Below, in pieces: positions 35,195 through 45,967 of a stretch of 64,000 nt of DNA. The stretch lies in the NCBI RefSeq assembly GCF_963921235.1, contig NC_086098.1, forward strand, positions 7,254,001-7,318,000. The letters are read 5' to 3'. The notes under the pieces are model-generated. The model searched no databases. It saw only the letters and a list, made by a program, of their open reading frames with translations, and was not told where the DNA came from. How positions within the stretch are numbered: position 1 is the first letter of the stretch; every line of letters begins with the position of its first letter. This stretch comes from Mobula hypostoma. Lineage: Eukaryota. A program made the position numbers and the translations under genes.

Positions 35195-35485
35195 TTGTGG
35201 ACAGTAAAAGCAAGCTATGCTATTACAGCTTGGGAGATTCTGGAGTTCATTTCTGATGCTGTTCTGAGTCCGTTCGTCTTTCCTGTGAAAAGCGTGGGTT
35301 TTCCCTGGGTGCTTTCGTTTTCTCCCACAGTCCAGAGATGTACTGGGTAGAAGGTTAATTGGTCATTGTAAACTGTCCTGTGGTTAGGTTAGGGTTAATC
35401 AGGTTTGTTGAGGGTTGCTAGGAAGGAGTGGCTCGAAGGTCTGGAAGGACTTACTCCATGCTGTATCACTAGAGAAATAAATAAG
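35195..35485 (+). mobile_element. V-SINE
   Basis: V-domain GCGTGGGTTTTCCCTGGGTGCTTTCGTTTTCTCCCACAGTCCAGAG and CR1-like tail. Confidence 0.7.
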
Positions 35486-35569
35486 TAAGATTTATCAGCA
35501 CAAAATGAATGCAGACTATTCCAATATTCTTCAGTGGATGGGTATCAGTAACTGGAGAGTACCTTAGAT

Positions 35570-35785
35570 AAACACAAGAGATTCTGCAGATGCTGGTAAC
35601 CCAGAGCAACACACACAAACTCCGGACTGGTCAGGCAGTTTCTACAGAGAGGACTTAACCGTTGGTGTTTCGGGCCAACAGTCTTCATCAAGTCCTGTTG
35701 AAGGGTCTCAGCCTGAAACATCCACTGTTTAATTCCTCTCCATAGATGCTGCCTGACCTGCTGAGTTCCTCCAACGGTTTGTGGG
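35570..35785. mobile_element. Penelope-derived fold-back element with two decayed hammerheads
   Basis: GTTTCGGGCCAACAGTCTTCATCAAG / CCTGTTGAAGGGTCTCAGCCTGAAACATCCACTG at the centre of inverted arms. Confidence 0.75.
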
Positions 35786-35877
35786 AGAAACCTTTAAGTG
35801 TATTAAAAAATGTCTAAAATGTGAGTGGGCATTCCTGTTATTGACCAGATCTTTAGAAACCACCAGTTTGCTATTCT

Positions 35878-36439
35878 GAGGCCTTCGTGGATCAGGGTAA
35901 ACCATGGATATTGCATCCTAGCTGCCTAGATACACAAGCCAGGGCAGTACAATATGGAGAGCAAATTATTTCCCACGAAGCAGGCTTCCTGTCTCGCAAA
36001 TCTGACGAACCCAAAGGAACGGCAGAGACTGGAAGCATTGCAGGAGTTGCTAGTTAGCTTGGAACTCAATGTAGGACAGCCTTAGGGACTCCAGCTCCAG
36101 ATTTTCCCCTTGGGGTTTATTCCTGAAGCCTTCCCCATGAGTGGGTATAGTCACAATGCAGTGGAGGTTTGAGATCAGAATTTTCCTTCTCCTAGAAGAG
36201 CTTCTCCCATGGCCAATGAACCCCATCCTGCCCGAAGCAATCGTTTTTAAGGTGCCAGTAACCCATGTTTAGCCCTCCTCCTGTCAGTAGAAATGATTCC
36301 ACTGAATTTAGTAGCTAAGCCACATGCGAAGGCCAGGAGCTGGACTTGGTTGTCAGAGGCTACACCATTGGGAGTATTTAATAGGTAGTGGGAAATTTTC
36401 CCCATTACCACCCCCACACTATAACAACCTGAAGGAACC
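35878..36439 (-). mobile_element. Non-autonomous LINE-derived element family D (RTE/Ingi/Vingi-like 5'UTR plus 3' end), copy 1
   Basis: Colinear with 39326-40040, 56822-57393 and 59371-59960. Motif GGAGAAGGAAAA.TCTGATCTCAAACC; shared 5' end (G)GTTCCTT. Confidence 0.75.
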
Positions 36440-36858
36440 AGTCTGCTATTAACCTTAATTGGATTACAGGTGGTTTGAAGCTATTAGCCTCCCACAGCAT
36501 GAACAACATAAGACTGAAAACTAAGAATGAATCATATAAAGAGATAATAACACAGGTAGCCAAAAGTAGTTCAAAGAGAGGAGTATTTACCAAATATTAA
36601 AGAGGTATGGGGTGGGGGAGAGACAGGAAGAATAAGCTTCTGCCAATAGTTAGAGCATGTCCCCAGTAAATTGCAGTGGATAATGAAACGAAGAGCAATT
36701 TAATGTTGCTAAAGTTCTTTTCACTGTCAAGACACGGGTCTCACGCCATCAGTGACCTTACCCCCACAAAGAGGAAGGCAGCTATTGCAAATTGACATTG
36801 GGACAGCGATCTCCTCCTGCGGCTTGCTAAACAAACGGAGCTGACACAGCCTCGGTGA

Positions 36859-36873
36859 CATTGTAATGCAAAA
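36859..36873 (+). promoter_or_regulatory. Sox-Oct (POU) composite motif in non-repetitive DNA
   Basis: CATTGTAATGCAAAA. Motif match only; function untested. Confidence 0.3.
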
Positions 36874-37139
36874 TAGCAGAGCATTGTTGATGTAGAGAAC
36901 GCACTCCGTATCAGATTCCCTGGCCTTTCAATTACATTGCTTCACAACACCCATGAAGTGATATTTGCAGATGTTTTAAAAGCGAAAGACGAGCTGTATT
37001 TCTCATGTGTATATCGAAACATTTCGTGAAATCTGTTCTTTTGCATCATTAACCAACGCAGTCCCAAATGTGCTGTCGGCAGCCTGCACGAAGGGTCTCA
37101 GAGCAAAACGATGACTGTTAAGTTACTTATTTTTTATTT

Positions 37140-38330
37140 ATTTTATTTATTTAGAAATATAGCTAGGAGCAGGTCCTTCTGGCCCACCGAGCTACACTGC
37201 CCGGCGGCCAACCAAATTAACATTAGCCTAATCGTAGGACAATTTACCATGACCAATTAACCTGCTAACCTGTGTGTCTTTGGAATGTGGTGGAAACCAG
37301 AGCATTCAGAGGAAACCCACACACATAAGAGAAGAACGTACAAACTCCTAACAGGCAGCGACAGAATTGAAATAGCATCGTGCCAACCACCATACTACCA
37401 TGACATCTTCCTTTCCTATTCCACCCCATAGATGCTTCCTGACCTGCTGAGTTCCTCTAGCATTTCGTATATATTACTCTTGATTTCCAGTATCTGCAGA
37501 ATCCCTTGAGCCTGCAGTTGTCCCCATGAATTCTAGTGCCTACACGGCATGCTCACAACTCATAAATCCTCTCCCATATGTTTTTGGAATGTGGAAGGAA
37601 ACCGGAACACCCAGAGGAAGCAATTGTGGTCACAGGGCGAACTTACAAGCTCGGAACAGGCACAGGCAGGAATTGAATCCTGATCTTACAGCTGGCACTG
37701 TAAAGAGTTATACTAGCCACGACATTACCTGTCATTTCAAAAATATGACATTATTAATATTACCAAATATAAAATACAGGACATTCAGGTATCGCTGACC
37801 TCAATACAAGCCATGTCATTCCATTCATCAGTTAGAGATACAGTGTAGAACAGGCTTCTCCAATCCAACGAGTCACAATGCCCAGCAGCACACCTATTTA
37901 ACACTAGCCTAAGGCTTTGTGTTGGGCACGGGACCAAGTGGTTAAGGTGTTCGTCTAGTGATTTGAAGGTCGCTAGTTCGAGCCTCAGCTGTGGCAGTGT
38001 GTTTGTGCCCTTGAGCAAGGCACTTCACCACACATTGCTCTAGTGTCTGTACGAGTGGCGCCCCACACAGACTTCCAATCTGCGCCTTGTAAGGCATGAA
38101 AATGCCCGACGCAGGCCTCTCATGGTCTGAGTTGACGTTCCCTCCCCGGCCGCCCCCCTGCCCCAAGTACAGGACAATTTACAATGACCAATTAATCTAC
38201 TATCTGGTACGTCTATGATCTGTGGGAGTAAACCCATGCCACTACAGGGAGAAGGTACGGAGCTGGAACTGAATTCTGATCATCCTGAGCTCCAATAGTG
38301 TCACACCAACCACGATGCTACCACGGTGCC
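37140..38330 (-). mobile_element. V-SINE cluster with a nested tRNA/CORE-like SINE (37924-38146, +) carrying a different tail
   Basis: Three reverse V-domains; the nested SINE head matches the 30141 family but its 3' half does not. Confidence 0.7.
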
Positions 38331-38792
38331 AATGTGTCAGTACTTTTCTTTCACATTCATTCCATGAGTGATATGGTCTGGGAGTTTTACAAAGATTCTT
38401 AAACTGTACTGTTTTCCTCGTAGGACAGGAGTTCCCAACTTTACTATTAACAGGGGTCTGTGGACCCCAGGCCAGGAAACCCTGAAGGAGAGCTTTGCGT
38501 GAGCCACCCAAACTTCAGTATGGTCCTGGTCATTGGATCATGCTAGATTTCACTTTCAGTACTCGAACACACCGGAGTCCAAAGTACCTCTTTCTCTGAG
38601 TTGGGAGTTTTCATCGGCCGTTGGTATTTGAGCTGAAACTGGTGTCCGGTGCTCATCAGACTGCTGGCTGACAGTGGATCCGAGCAGACGGAGAGATTCT
38701 CAGCTCTCTAATACTCTCCTCGCTCCTGATGGGCTCTGTAAAGGGCTGGATATGCAGTGAAAAGGATAGAAGAGGAGATAATCTTATTTAAG

Positions 38793-39250
38793 CAACAGCA
38801 TTGTATTCTCTGACTGCTGGTAAGTTTTACCCCTCTCTTCACTCTTCTTCCATTCCACACTCTGGCTCCCCTCTTCCCTCTTCACCTGCCTATCACCTCC
38901 TCCCTATGTCCCTCCTCCGCCCTTTCTGCTTTGGTGCACCCTCCCCTCTGATCACCCCTTTTTCTTCAGTCCTTTACCTTTTCCACCCATCACTTCCCAG
39001 CTTCTCTCCTCATCTCCCCCTCCTCCACCCACCTGGCTTCACCTATATTTCGGGCTTTTCCTCCTTCCCCTCCCCCCACTTCCTTATTCTGGTTTTTTTC
39101 CCTGTTCCTTTCCAGTCCTGATGAAGGGTCTCGGCACAGGTCTCCAACTGTTTGTTTATTTCCATAGATGCTACCCGACCTGCTGAGTTCCTCCAGCGTT
39201 TTGTGTGTGCTGCTCTGGATTTCCAGCATCTGCAGAATCATTTTGTGCTC
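38793..39250 (+). mobile_element. Penelope 3' end/pseudo-LTR
   Basis: 15-bp TSD ATAATCTTATTTAAG (38778-38792 / 39251-39265); hammerhead remnant CAGTCCTGATGAAGGGTCTCGG with GAAA lost. Confidence 0.88.
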
Positions 39251-39325
39251 ATAATCTTATTTAAGTCTAGATTTGATCCAGAAACAATCTGTTTTCCAAA
39301 CATTGATTGAGTTCGAATTCTTGAA

Positions 39326-40040
39326 GTTCCTTAAGGTTGTCATAGCCAGGGAAGTGGGGGAGGGTGGTGGATGGTAATGGGGACGAGCTCCTACTACCTG
39401 TTAAATGCTCCCAGTGGCGTGCATCTCAGATAGCCTCTGACAACCAAGTCCAGCTCTTGCCCTTCGCGTGTGTCTTAACTACTAAGCAATAGACAATAGG
39501 TGCAGGAGTAGCCCTTCAAGCCAGCACCGCCATTCACCGTGATCATGGCCGATCATCCACAATCACTATCCAATTCCTGCCTTATCCCCATAACCTTTGA
39601 TTCCTGGTGGAACTGTTTCTCCTGACAGGAGAAGGGGTGAAGGTGGGCTTCTGGCACCTGAAAACTAGTCACTTCGGGCAGATGGGCTTGTCAGCCGTGG
39701 TTAGCAGCTCATCTCGGAGAAGAAAAACTCTGATCTCAAACCACCGCAGCCTTCCAGCTATACCCACTCATGGGGAAGGCTTTGGGGGTAATTCCAGAGG
39801 GAAAAATTTGGAGCTGGAGTCCTTAAGGTAGTACTACATTGAGTTCAATGCTGTCTGGCAAGTTGGGCACTGCTGCTGGTGTTAAAGTGTTTCAGTCTCT
39901 GCTTTTCTTTGGATTGATCAGATGTGTAGAGAGGAGCAGCTCGCTACATGGACAACAGCTTGTGCTTCATGTTATAGTGCCCTAGCTTTACAGATCTGGA
40001 CAGTTAGGACACAACATCCATGGTTGACACTGGCCAGTGG
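39326..40040 (+). mobile_element. Family D element copy 2, with a CR1 tail inserted (~39487-39602)
   Basis: Sequence resumes at CCTGGTGGAACTG after the insertion. Confidence 0.8.
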
Positions 40041-40490
40041 AGAACTCAACAACTTTATTCCTGATGTCTGTGCAAAACAGTCAAATCCAAACCTCTGTTT
40101 GGAGAGCATGTCCTCTGTGAGTATCACCTGGGGTGGTGGTGGAAACAGATACAACAGAGGATTTCAATTAGCTCCGGATAGGCACGGGAATGTGCAGAGA
40201 ATGAAGGGATACGGACCATGTGCAAGGGGTTATGTGTTATTACCTTAACTAGTACAGCACATATCCCTTGGGCTGAAGGACCTTCCTTGCACTGTATGTT
40301 CTATGCTCTACATGTGAGGATATAGTGTGATTTGTCAATGCAAAGGGCATCAAAGGATATAGAGAGAATTATAGTCATGCTTTAGAATCAGAATCAGGTT
40401 TAATATCACCCACATCTGCTGTGAAATAAGTTGTTTTGCGGTAGTGGTACATTGCAATACATATTAATAAAAGCTGTAAATTACAGTAAA

Positions 40491-40492
<2 letters not shown>

Positions 40493-40547
<55 letters not shown>
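40493..40547. repeat. (CA)n microsatellite
   Basis: Perfect AC run. Confidence 0.98.
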
Positions 40548-40549
<2 letters not shown>

Positions 40550-40870
40550 GATTGATAAGTTCGTGGCCTAAGGTAGAAGGAGATGAGTTATTAACTTCAA
40601 ACTTTCTGCATTATCACTCAAAGAGTTGAACTTGGCGTGCATGTAATGAGAGCTGTGTAACTCATCTCCTTCTACCTTAGGCCACAAACTTATCAATCAC
40701 CCCTGCTGTGGACCACTTTTGGAGGTCCGAGACACCGACTTCTACAAAGAAGAGATCCGTATGCTCCACGACCGCTGGACTAAGTGTGTAAATGCAGGAA
40801 AAATAAATGTGCCAGGTTTTCTAAAATTGACTCTTTCTATCTTAAGCCACGAACTTGTCAATCACCCCTC
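40548..40870 (+). mobile_element. Mariner-derived MITE with an internal extra TIR
   Basis: TIR GTGATTGATAAGTTCGTGGCCTAAGG; transposase C-terminus [18 protein letters not shown]; 43-bp internal inverted repeat 40548-40590 / 40658-40700. Confidence 0.85.
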
Positions 40871-40871
40871 A

Positions 40872-40935
40872 TGTGTGTGTGTGTATGTGTGTGTGTGTTT
40901 GTGAGTGTGTGTGTGTGTGTGTGTGTTTGTGTGTT

Positions 40936-40975
<40 letters not shown>

Positions 40976-41004
40976 TGTGTTTGTGAGTGTGTTTGTGAGT
41001 GTGT
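40872..41004. repeat. (TG)n imperfect microsatellite
   Basis: TG run with TTTG/GAG interruptions. Confidence 0.95.
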
Positions 41005-42550
41005 AGGCTGTCTTTAAAGAGTGAACCCTCACAAGGCAGAAGGTCCCGATGGAGTACCTGGTGAGGCGCTGAAAACTTGTGCCAACCAACTGGCAGGAGT
41101 GTTCAAGGACATTTTCAACCTCTCACTGCCACTGGTGGAAGTTCCCACTTGCTTCAATAAGGCAACAATCATACCAGTGCCTATAAGGAATAATGTGAGC
41201 TGCATTAATGACTATCACCCAGTAGCACTCACATCTACAGTGATGAAATGCTTTGAGAGGTTGGTCATGACTAGACTGAACTCCTGCCTCAGCAAAGACC
41301 TGGACCCATTGCAGTTTGCCTATCGCCACAATAGGTCAATGGCAGACTCAATCTCAATGGCTCTTCACACGGCTTTAGACCACCTGGACAACACAAACAC
41401 CTACGTCAGGATGCTGCTCATCGACTATAGCTCAGCATTTAACATCATCATTCCCACAATCCTGATTGAGAAGTGGCTGAACTTGGGCCTCTGTACCTCC
41501 CTCTGCAATTGGATCCTTGATTTCCTAACCAGAAGACCGCAATCGTGCAGATTGGTGATAACATCTTATCCTCGCTGACGCTGGACACTGGTGCACCTCA
41601 GGGGTGTGTGCTTAGCCCCCTGCTCTACTCTCTATATACCCATGACTGTGTGGCTATGTATAGCTCAAATACCATCTATAAATTTGCTGACGATACAACC
41701 AATGTTAGTAGCATCTCAGGTGGTGACGAGAGGGTGTACAGGAGTGAGATATGCCAACTAGTGGAGTGGTGTCGCAGCAACAACCTGGCACTCAACGTCA
41801 GTAAGATGAAAGAGCTGATTGTGGAATTCAGGAAGGGTAAGACGAAGGAACACATACCAATGGTCATAGAGGGATCAGAAGTGGAGAGAGTGAGCAGTTT
41901 CAAGTTCCTGGGTGTCAAGATTTCTTAGGACCTAACCTGGTCCAAACAGATCAATGCAGCTATAAAGAAGGCAAGACTGGACTTCATTAGGAATTTGAAG
42001 AGATTTGGTACGTTAACAAAAACATTCAAAAACTTTTATAGATGTATTGTGGAGAACATTCTGACAGACTGCATTACTGTCTGGTATGGGGGCGGGGGAG
42101 CGGTGAGCATAACTGCACAGGACCGAAAGAAGCTGCAGAGGGACATAAATTTAGTTGGCTCCATCTTGGGTACAAGCCTTCAAAGTACCCAGGGCATCTT
42201 CAAGGAGAGTCTATTATTAAGGAACCCAGCACCCAGGACATGCCCTTTTCTTATTGTTACCATCAAGTAGGGGTACAGAAGTCTGAAGGCACACACTGAG
42301 TGATTCAGGAACAGCTGCTTCCCCCTGCCATCCAATTCCTTAATGGACATTGAACCCTTGGACACTACCATACTTTTTAAAATATATATTATTTCTGTTT
42401 TTGCACATTTTTAAAACCTATTCAATACATGTATACCGTGATTTCTTTCTTTCTTTCTTCTTCTGTATTATGTACTGCATTGAACTGCTGCTGCTAAGTT
42501 AACAAATTTCACGACACATGCCGGCGATGGTAAACCTGATTCTGATTCTA
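41005..42550 (+). mobile_element. Rex1/Babar-type LINE, RT domain to 3' tail (frameshifted)
   Basis: [79 protein letters not shown]. Confidence 0.95.
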
Positions 42551-43433
42551 ATCATTTGTTTTCCAAAGAGTTCAGTTCATCCCATGTTATCAGTAAAGAC
42601 CACATTAAATCTTTCAGGAGACAATTGGATCTGTTCCCAGAAAAGGAAGGGATTCAGATCAGTGGCATTGATCTATGAATAGCGAGTCATTAATTTGAAG
42701 TTAATAGCATTTTGCTCTTGGTTCTCCTCTCCGAGAATTGGAGTCTGTTTCAGAGTGTATTGTGGTGCTGAGTTATATTACTGACTGCACATTATTAACA
42801 CCAAATGATAATAAATCTACAGCTTCTTCCTGACAAGAAAGTTCCGACATAACTACATGTATTTTGTAAGGGCATGTCATTTGCAAAATCCCATTGCACC
42901 CGAAGCCAAATGTATTGTGCAGTGTAGAACAGGTATAATGGCCCCATACAGCACGTAGACAAACTATAGTAGTTGTGGATCATGAGTTGTGGAGATGGGA
43001 CTGAGTTCGGGAGATCAGTCAAGGTTACCTGGAGGTGTCACAGGACTGCGTTAGGTTGTTGTGGTTAGCTGCTTTGAGAGGGATTGGGTTTGTGATGTGC
43101 TTAAAGTTCAAAGTTAAAAGTAAATTTATTATCTTTGTCACCATTTACAAACTTGAGATTTGTTTTCCTATGGGTATTCTCAATAAATCCAAGAATCATA
43201 ATAGAATCAATATGTGGGTCATTGAGGTGGGGAGGTAGTATCCCAGAATCACTCAGGTACTGTGGTGAGGGACCTAAAGGGGCAGATACTTGCAGATACT
43301 TCCGTGCTCAACTTCATACCCTCAAATTTAGGCAGGATCCTCTTCAATTTCACCGAAATTTGAGGTGAAAGTCTGCTTATATCTGAATAACCCATATGAA
43401 CTCCATACACTCAGTGGCCACCTTATTAGGTAC

Positions 43434-43707
43434 CTCAACCAAGACCTCAACGGTGGAACAGGCGGACGAAGTTACTTCGAACTCAACGGCTGTGAAGGCG
43501 GATGAAGGCTGCAACAAATCCATCAGCTCCAATCGTCGTGGTTTCCATGCCATTGGAATCAGTTGGTTGATTTGTGAAGTATCGTGTGCTTCTTGGAGTG
43601 CAACATCACGTACACGTTAAACAAATACACGCACAGGCATCTTCACTCTGCGGGCCACTTCTTCAGAACGAAGACCATCATCCTCGACCCGAGGGATAGC
43701 CACGACA
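43434..43707 (+). mobile_element. 274-bp CpG-rich retroposon fragment inserted in a Tc1 TIR
   Basis: 9-bp TSD ATTAGGTAC (43425-43433 / 43708-43716); 3' end CCTCGACCCGAGGGATAGCCACGAC. Confidence 0.65.
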
Positions 43708-44298
43708 ATTAGGTACAACTGTACATATGGTCGTTAAGACCATAAGACATAGGAACAGAATTAGGCCATGCAGCCCTTTAAGTCTGCTTTGTCATTCCAA
43801 CATGGCTGATTTATTTTCCCTCTCAACCACATTCTCCTCCCTTCTCACCGGAACCTTTGATGTCCTGGTTAATCAAGAACCTATCAATTTCAACTTTAAA
43901 TATACTCAATGACTTGGCTTCCACAGCCGTCTATGGCAACGAGCTCCACAGATTCACCACCCTCTGGCTAAAGAAATTCTAAATGGATGCCCCTCTATCT
44001 TGAGCCTGTGCTCTCTGGTCCTAGGCTCACCCACTATAGGAGACACCCTCTCCACATCCACTCTGTCCAGGCCTTTCACTTTTTGATAGGTTTCAATGAG
44101 ATCTCCCCTCATTCGCTCCAGAGTTTACAGGCCAAGAAACTCAAAAGTTCCTTGTACATTAATCTTTACATTCCCAGAATCATTCACATGTACCTCCTCT
44201 GGGCCCTCTCCAATGCCATCACATCTTTAATTAGATAAAGGGCCCAAAACTTTTGGCAATATTCGTAATACTGTCTGACCAGTGTCTTATAACGCCTT

Positions 44299-45967
44299 GG
44301 ATTCCAGACCTAATCAGTTCCCCTCTACCACCACTCTGCTCCGTCTAGCGGAATTAGTCCTTACTCTTAATAATTTCTCCTTTGGCTCCTCCCACTTCCT
44401 CCAAACTAAAAGTGTAGCTATGGGCATCCGTATGGGTCCTAGCTATGCCTGCCCTTTTGTTGGCTTTGTGGAACAATCTATGTTCCGTGCCTATTCTGGT
44501 ATCTGTCCCCCACTTTTCCTTCGCTACATCGACGACTGCATTGGCGCATGCAGAGCTCGTTGACTTTATTAACTTTGCCTCCAACTTTCACCCTGCCCTC
44601 AAGTTTACCTGGTCCATTTCCGACAACTCCCTCCCCTTTCTAGATCTTTCTGTCTCTGTCTCTGGAGACAGCTTATCCACTGATGTCTACTATAAGCCTA
44701 CTGACTCTCACAGCTATCTGGACTATTCCTCTTCTCACCCTGTCTCTTGCAAAAACGCCATCCCCTTCTCGCAATTCCTCCGTCTCCGCCGCATCTGCTC
44801 TTAGGATGAAGTTTTTCATTCTAGGACGAGGGAGATGTCTTCCTTTTTTAAAGAAAGGGGCTTCCCTTCCTCCACTATCAACTCTGCTCTTAAACGCATC
44901 TCCCCCATTTCATGTACATCTGCTCTCACTCCATCCTCCCGCCACCCCACTAGGAATAGGGTTCCCCTGGTCCTCACCTACCACCCCACCAGCCTCCGGG
45001 TCCAACATATTATTCTCCGTAACTTCCGCCACCTCCAACGGGATCCCACCACTAAGCACATCTTTCCCTCCCCGCCTCTCTCTGCATTCCGCAGGGATCG
45101 CTCCCTACGCAACTCCCTTGTCCATTCGTCCCCCCCCATCCCTCCTCACTGATCTCTCTCCTGGCACTTATCCGTGTAAGTGGAACAAGTGCTACACATG
45201 CCCTTACACTTCCTCCCTTACCACCATTCAGGGCCCCAAACAGTCCTTCCAGGTGAGGCAACACTTCACCTGTGAGTCGGCTGGGGTGATATACTGCGCC
45301 CGGTGCTCCCGATGTGGCCCTTTATATATTGGCGAGACCCAACACAGACTGGGAGACCGCTTTGCTGAACACCTACGCTCTGTCCGCCAGAGAAAGCAGG
45401 ATCTCCCAGTGGCCACACATTTTAATTCCACATCCCATTCCCATTCTGACATGTCTATCCACGACCTCCTCTACTGTAAAGATGAAGCCACACTCAGGTT
45501 GGAGGAACAACACCTTATATTCCGTCTGGGTAGCCTCCAACCTGATGGCATGAACATCGACTTCTCTAACTTCCGCTAATGCCCCACCTCCCCCTCGTAC
45601 CCCATCTGTTACTTACTTTTATACACACATTCTTTCTCTCACTCTCCTTTTTCTCCCTCTGTCCCTCTGAATATACCCCTTGCCCATCCTCTGGGTCCCC
45701 CCCCTTGTCTTTCTTCCCGGACCTCCTGTCCCATGATCCTCTCGTATCCCTTTTGCCAATCACCTATCCAGCTCTTGGCTCTATCCCTCCCCCTCCTGTC
45801 TTCTCCTATCATTTTGGATCTCCCCCTCCCCCTCCAACTTTCAAATCCCTTACTCACTCTTCCTTCAGTTAGTCCTGACGAAGGGTCTCCGCCTGAAGCG
45901 TCGACTGTACCTCTTCCTAGAGATGCTGCCTGGCCTGCTGCGTTCACCAACAACTTTTATGTGTGTT
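44299..45967 (+). mobile_element. Penelope-like element, 5'-truncated: RT C-terminus, GIY-YIG endonuclease and pseudo-LTR
   Basis: AMGIRMGPSYA, FLRYIDDC, LPFLDL, VYYKPTD, VIYCARCSRCGPLYIGETQHRLGDRFAEH. 14-bp TSD TCTTATAACGCCTT (44285-44298 / 45968-45981). Frameshifts and a stop. Confidence 0.95.
45870..45907 (+). ncRNA. Hammerhead motif in Penelope pseudo-LTR (GAAA mutated to GAAG)
   Basis: TAGTC-CTGACGA-AGGGTCTCCGCCT-GAAG-CGTC-GACTG. Confidence 0.55.

Noticed and set aside
38560..38660. Minus-strand CUGAUGA followed by a GCACCGGA/UCCGGUGU stem as a possible hammerhead
   Set aside because: No GAAA directly after the stem and no helix I or III.
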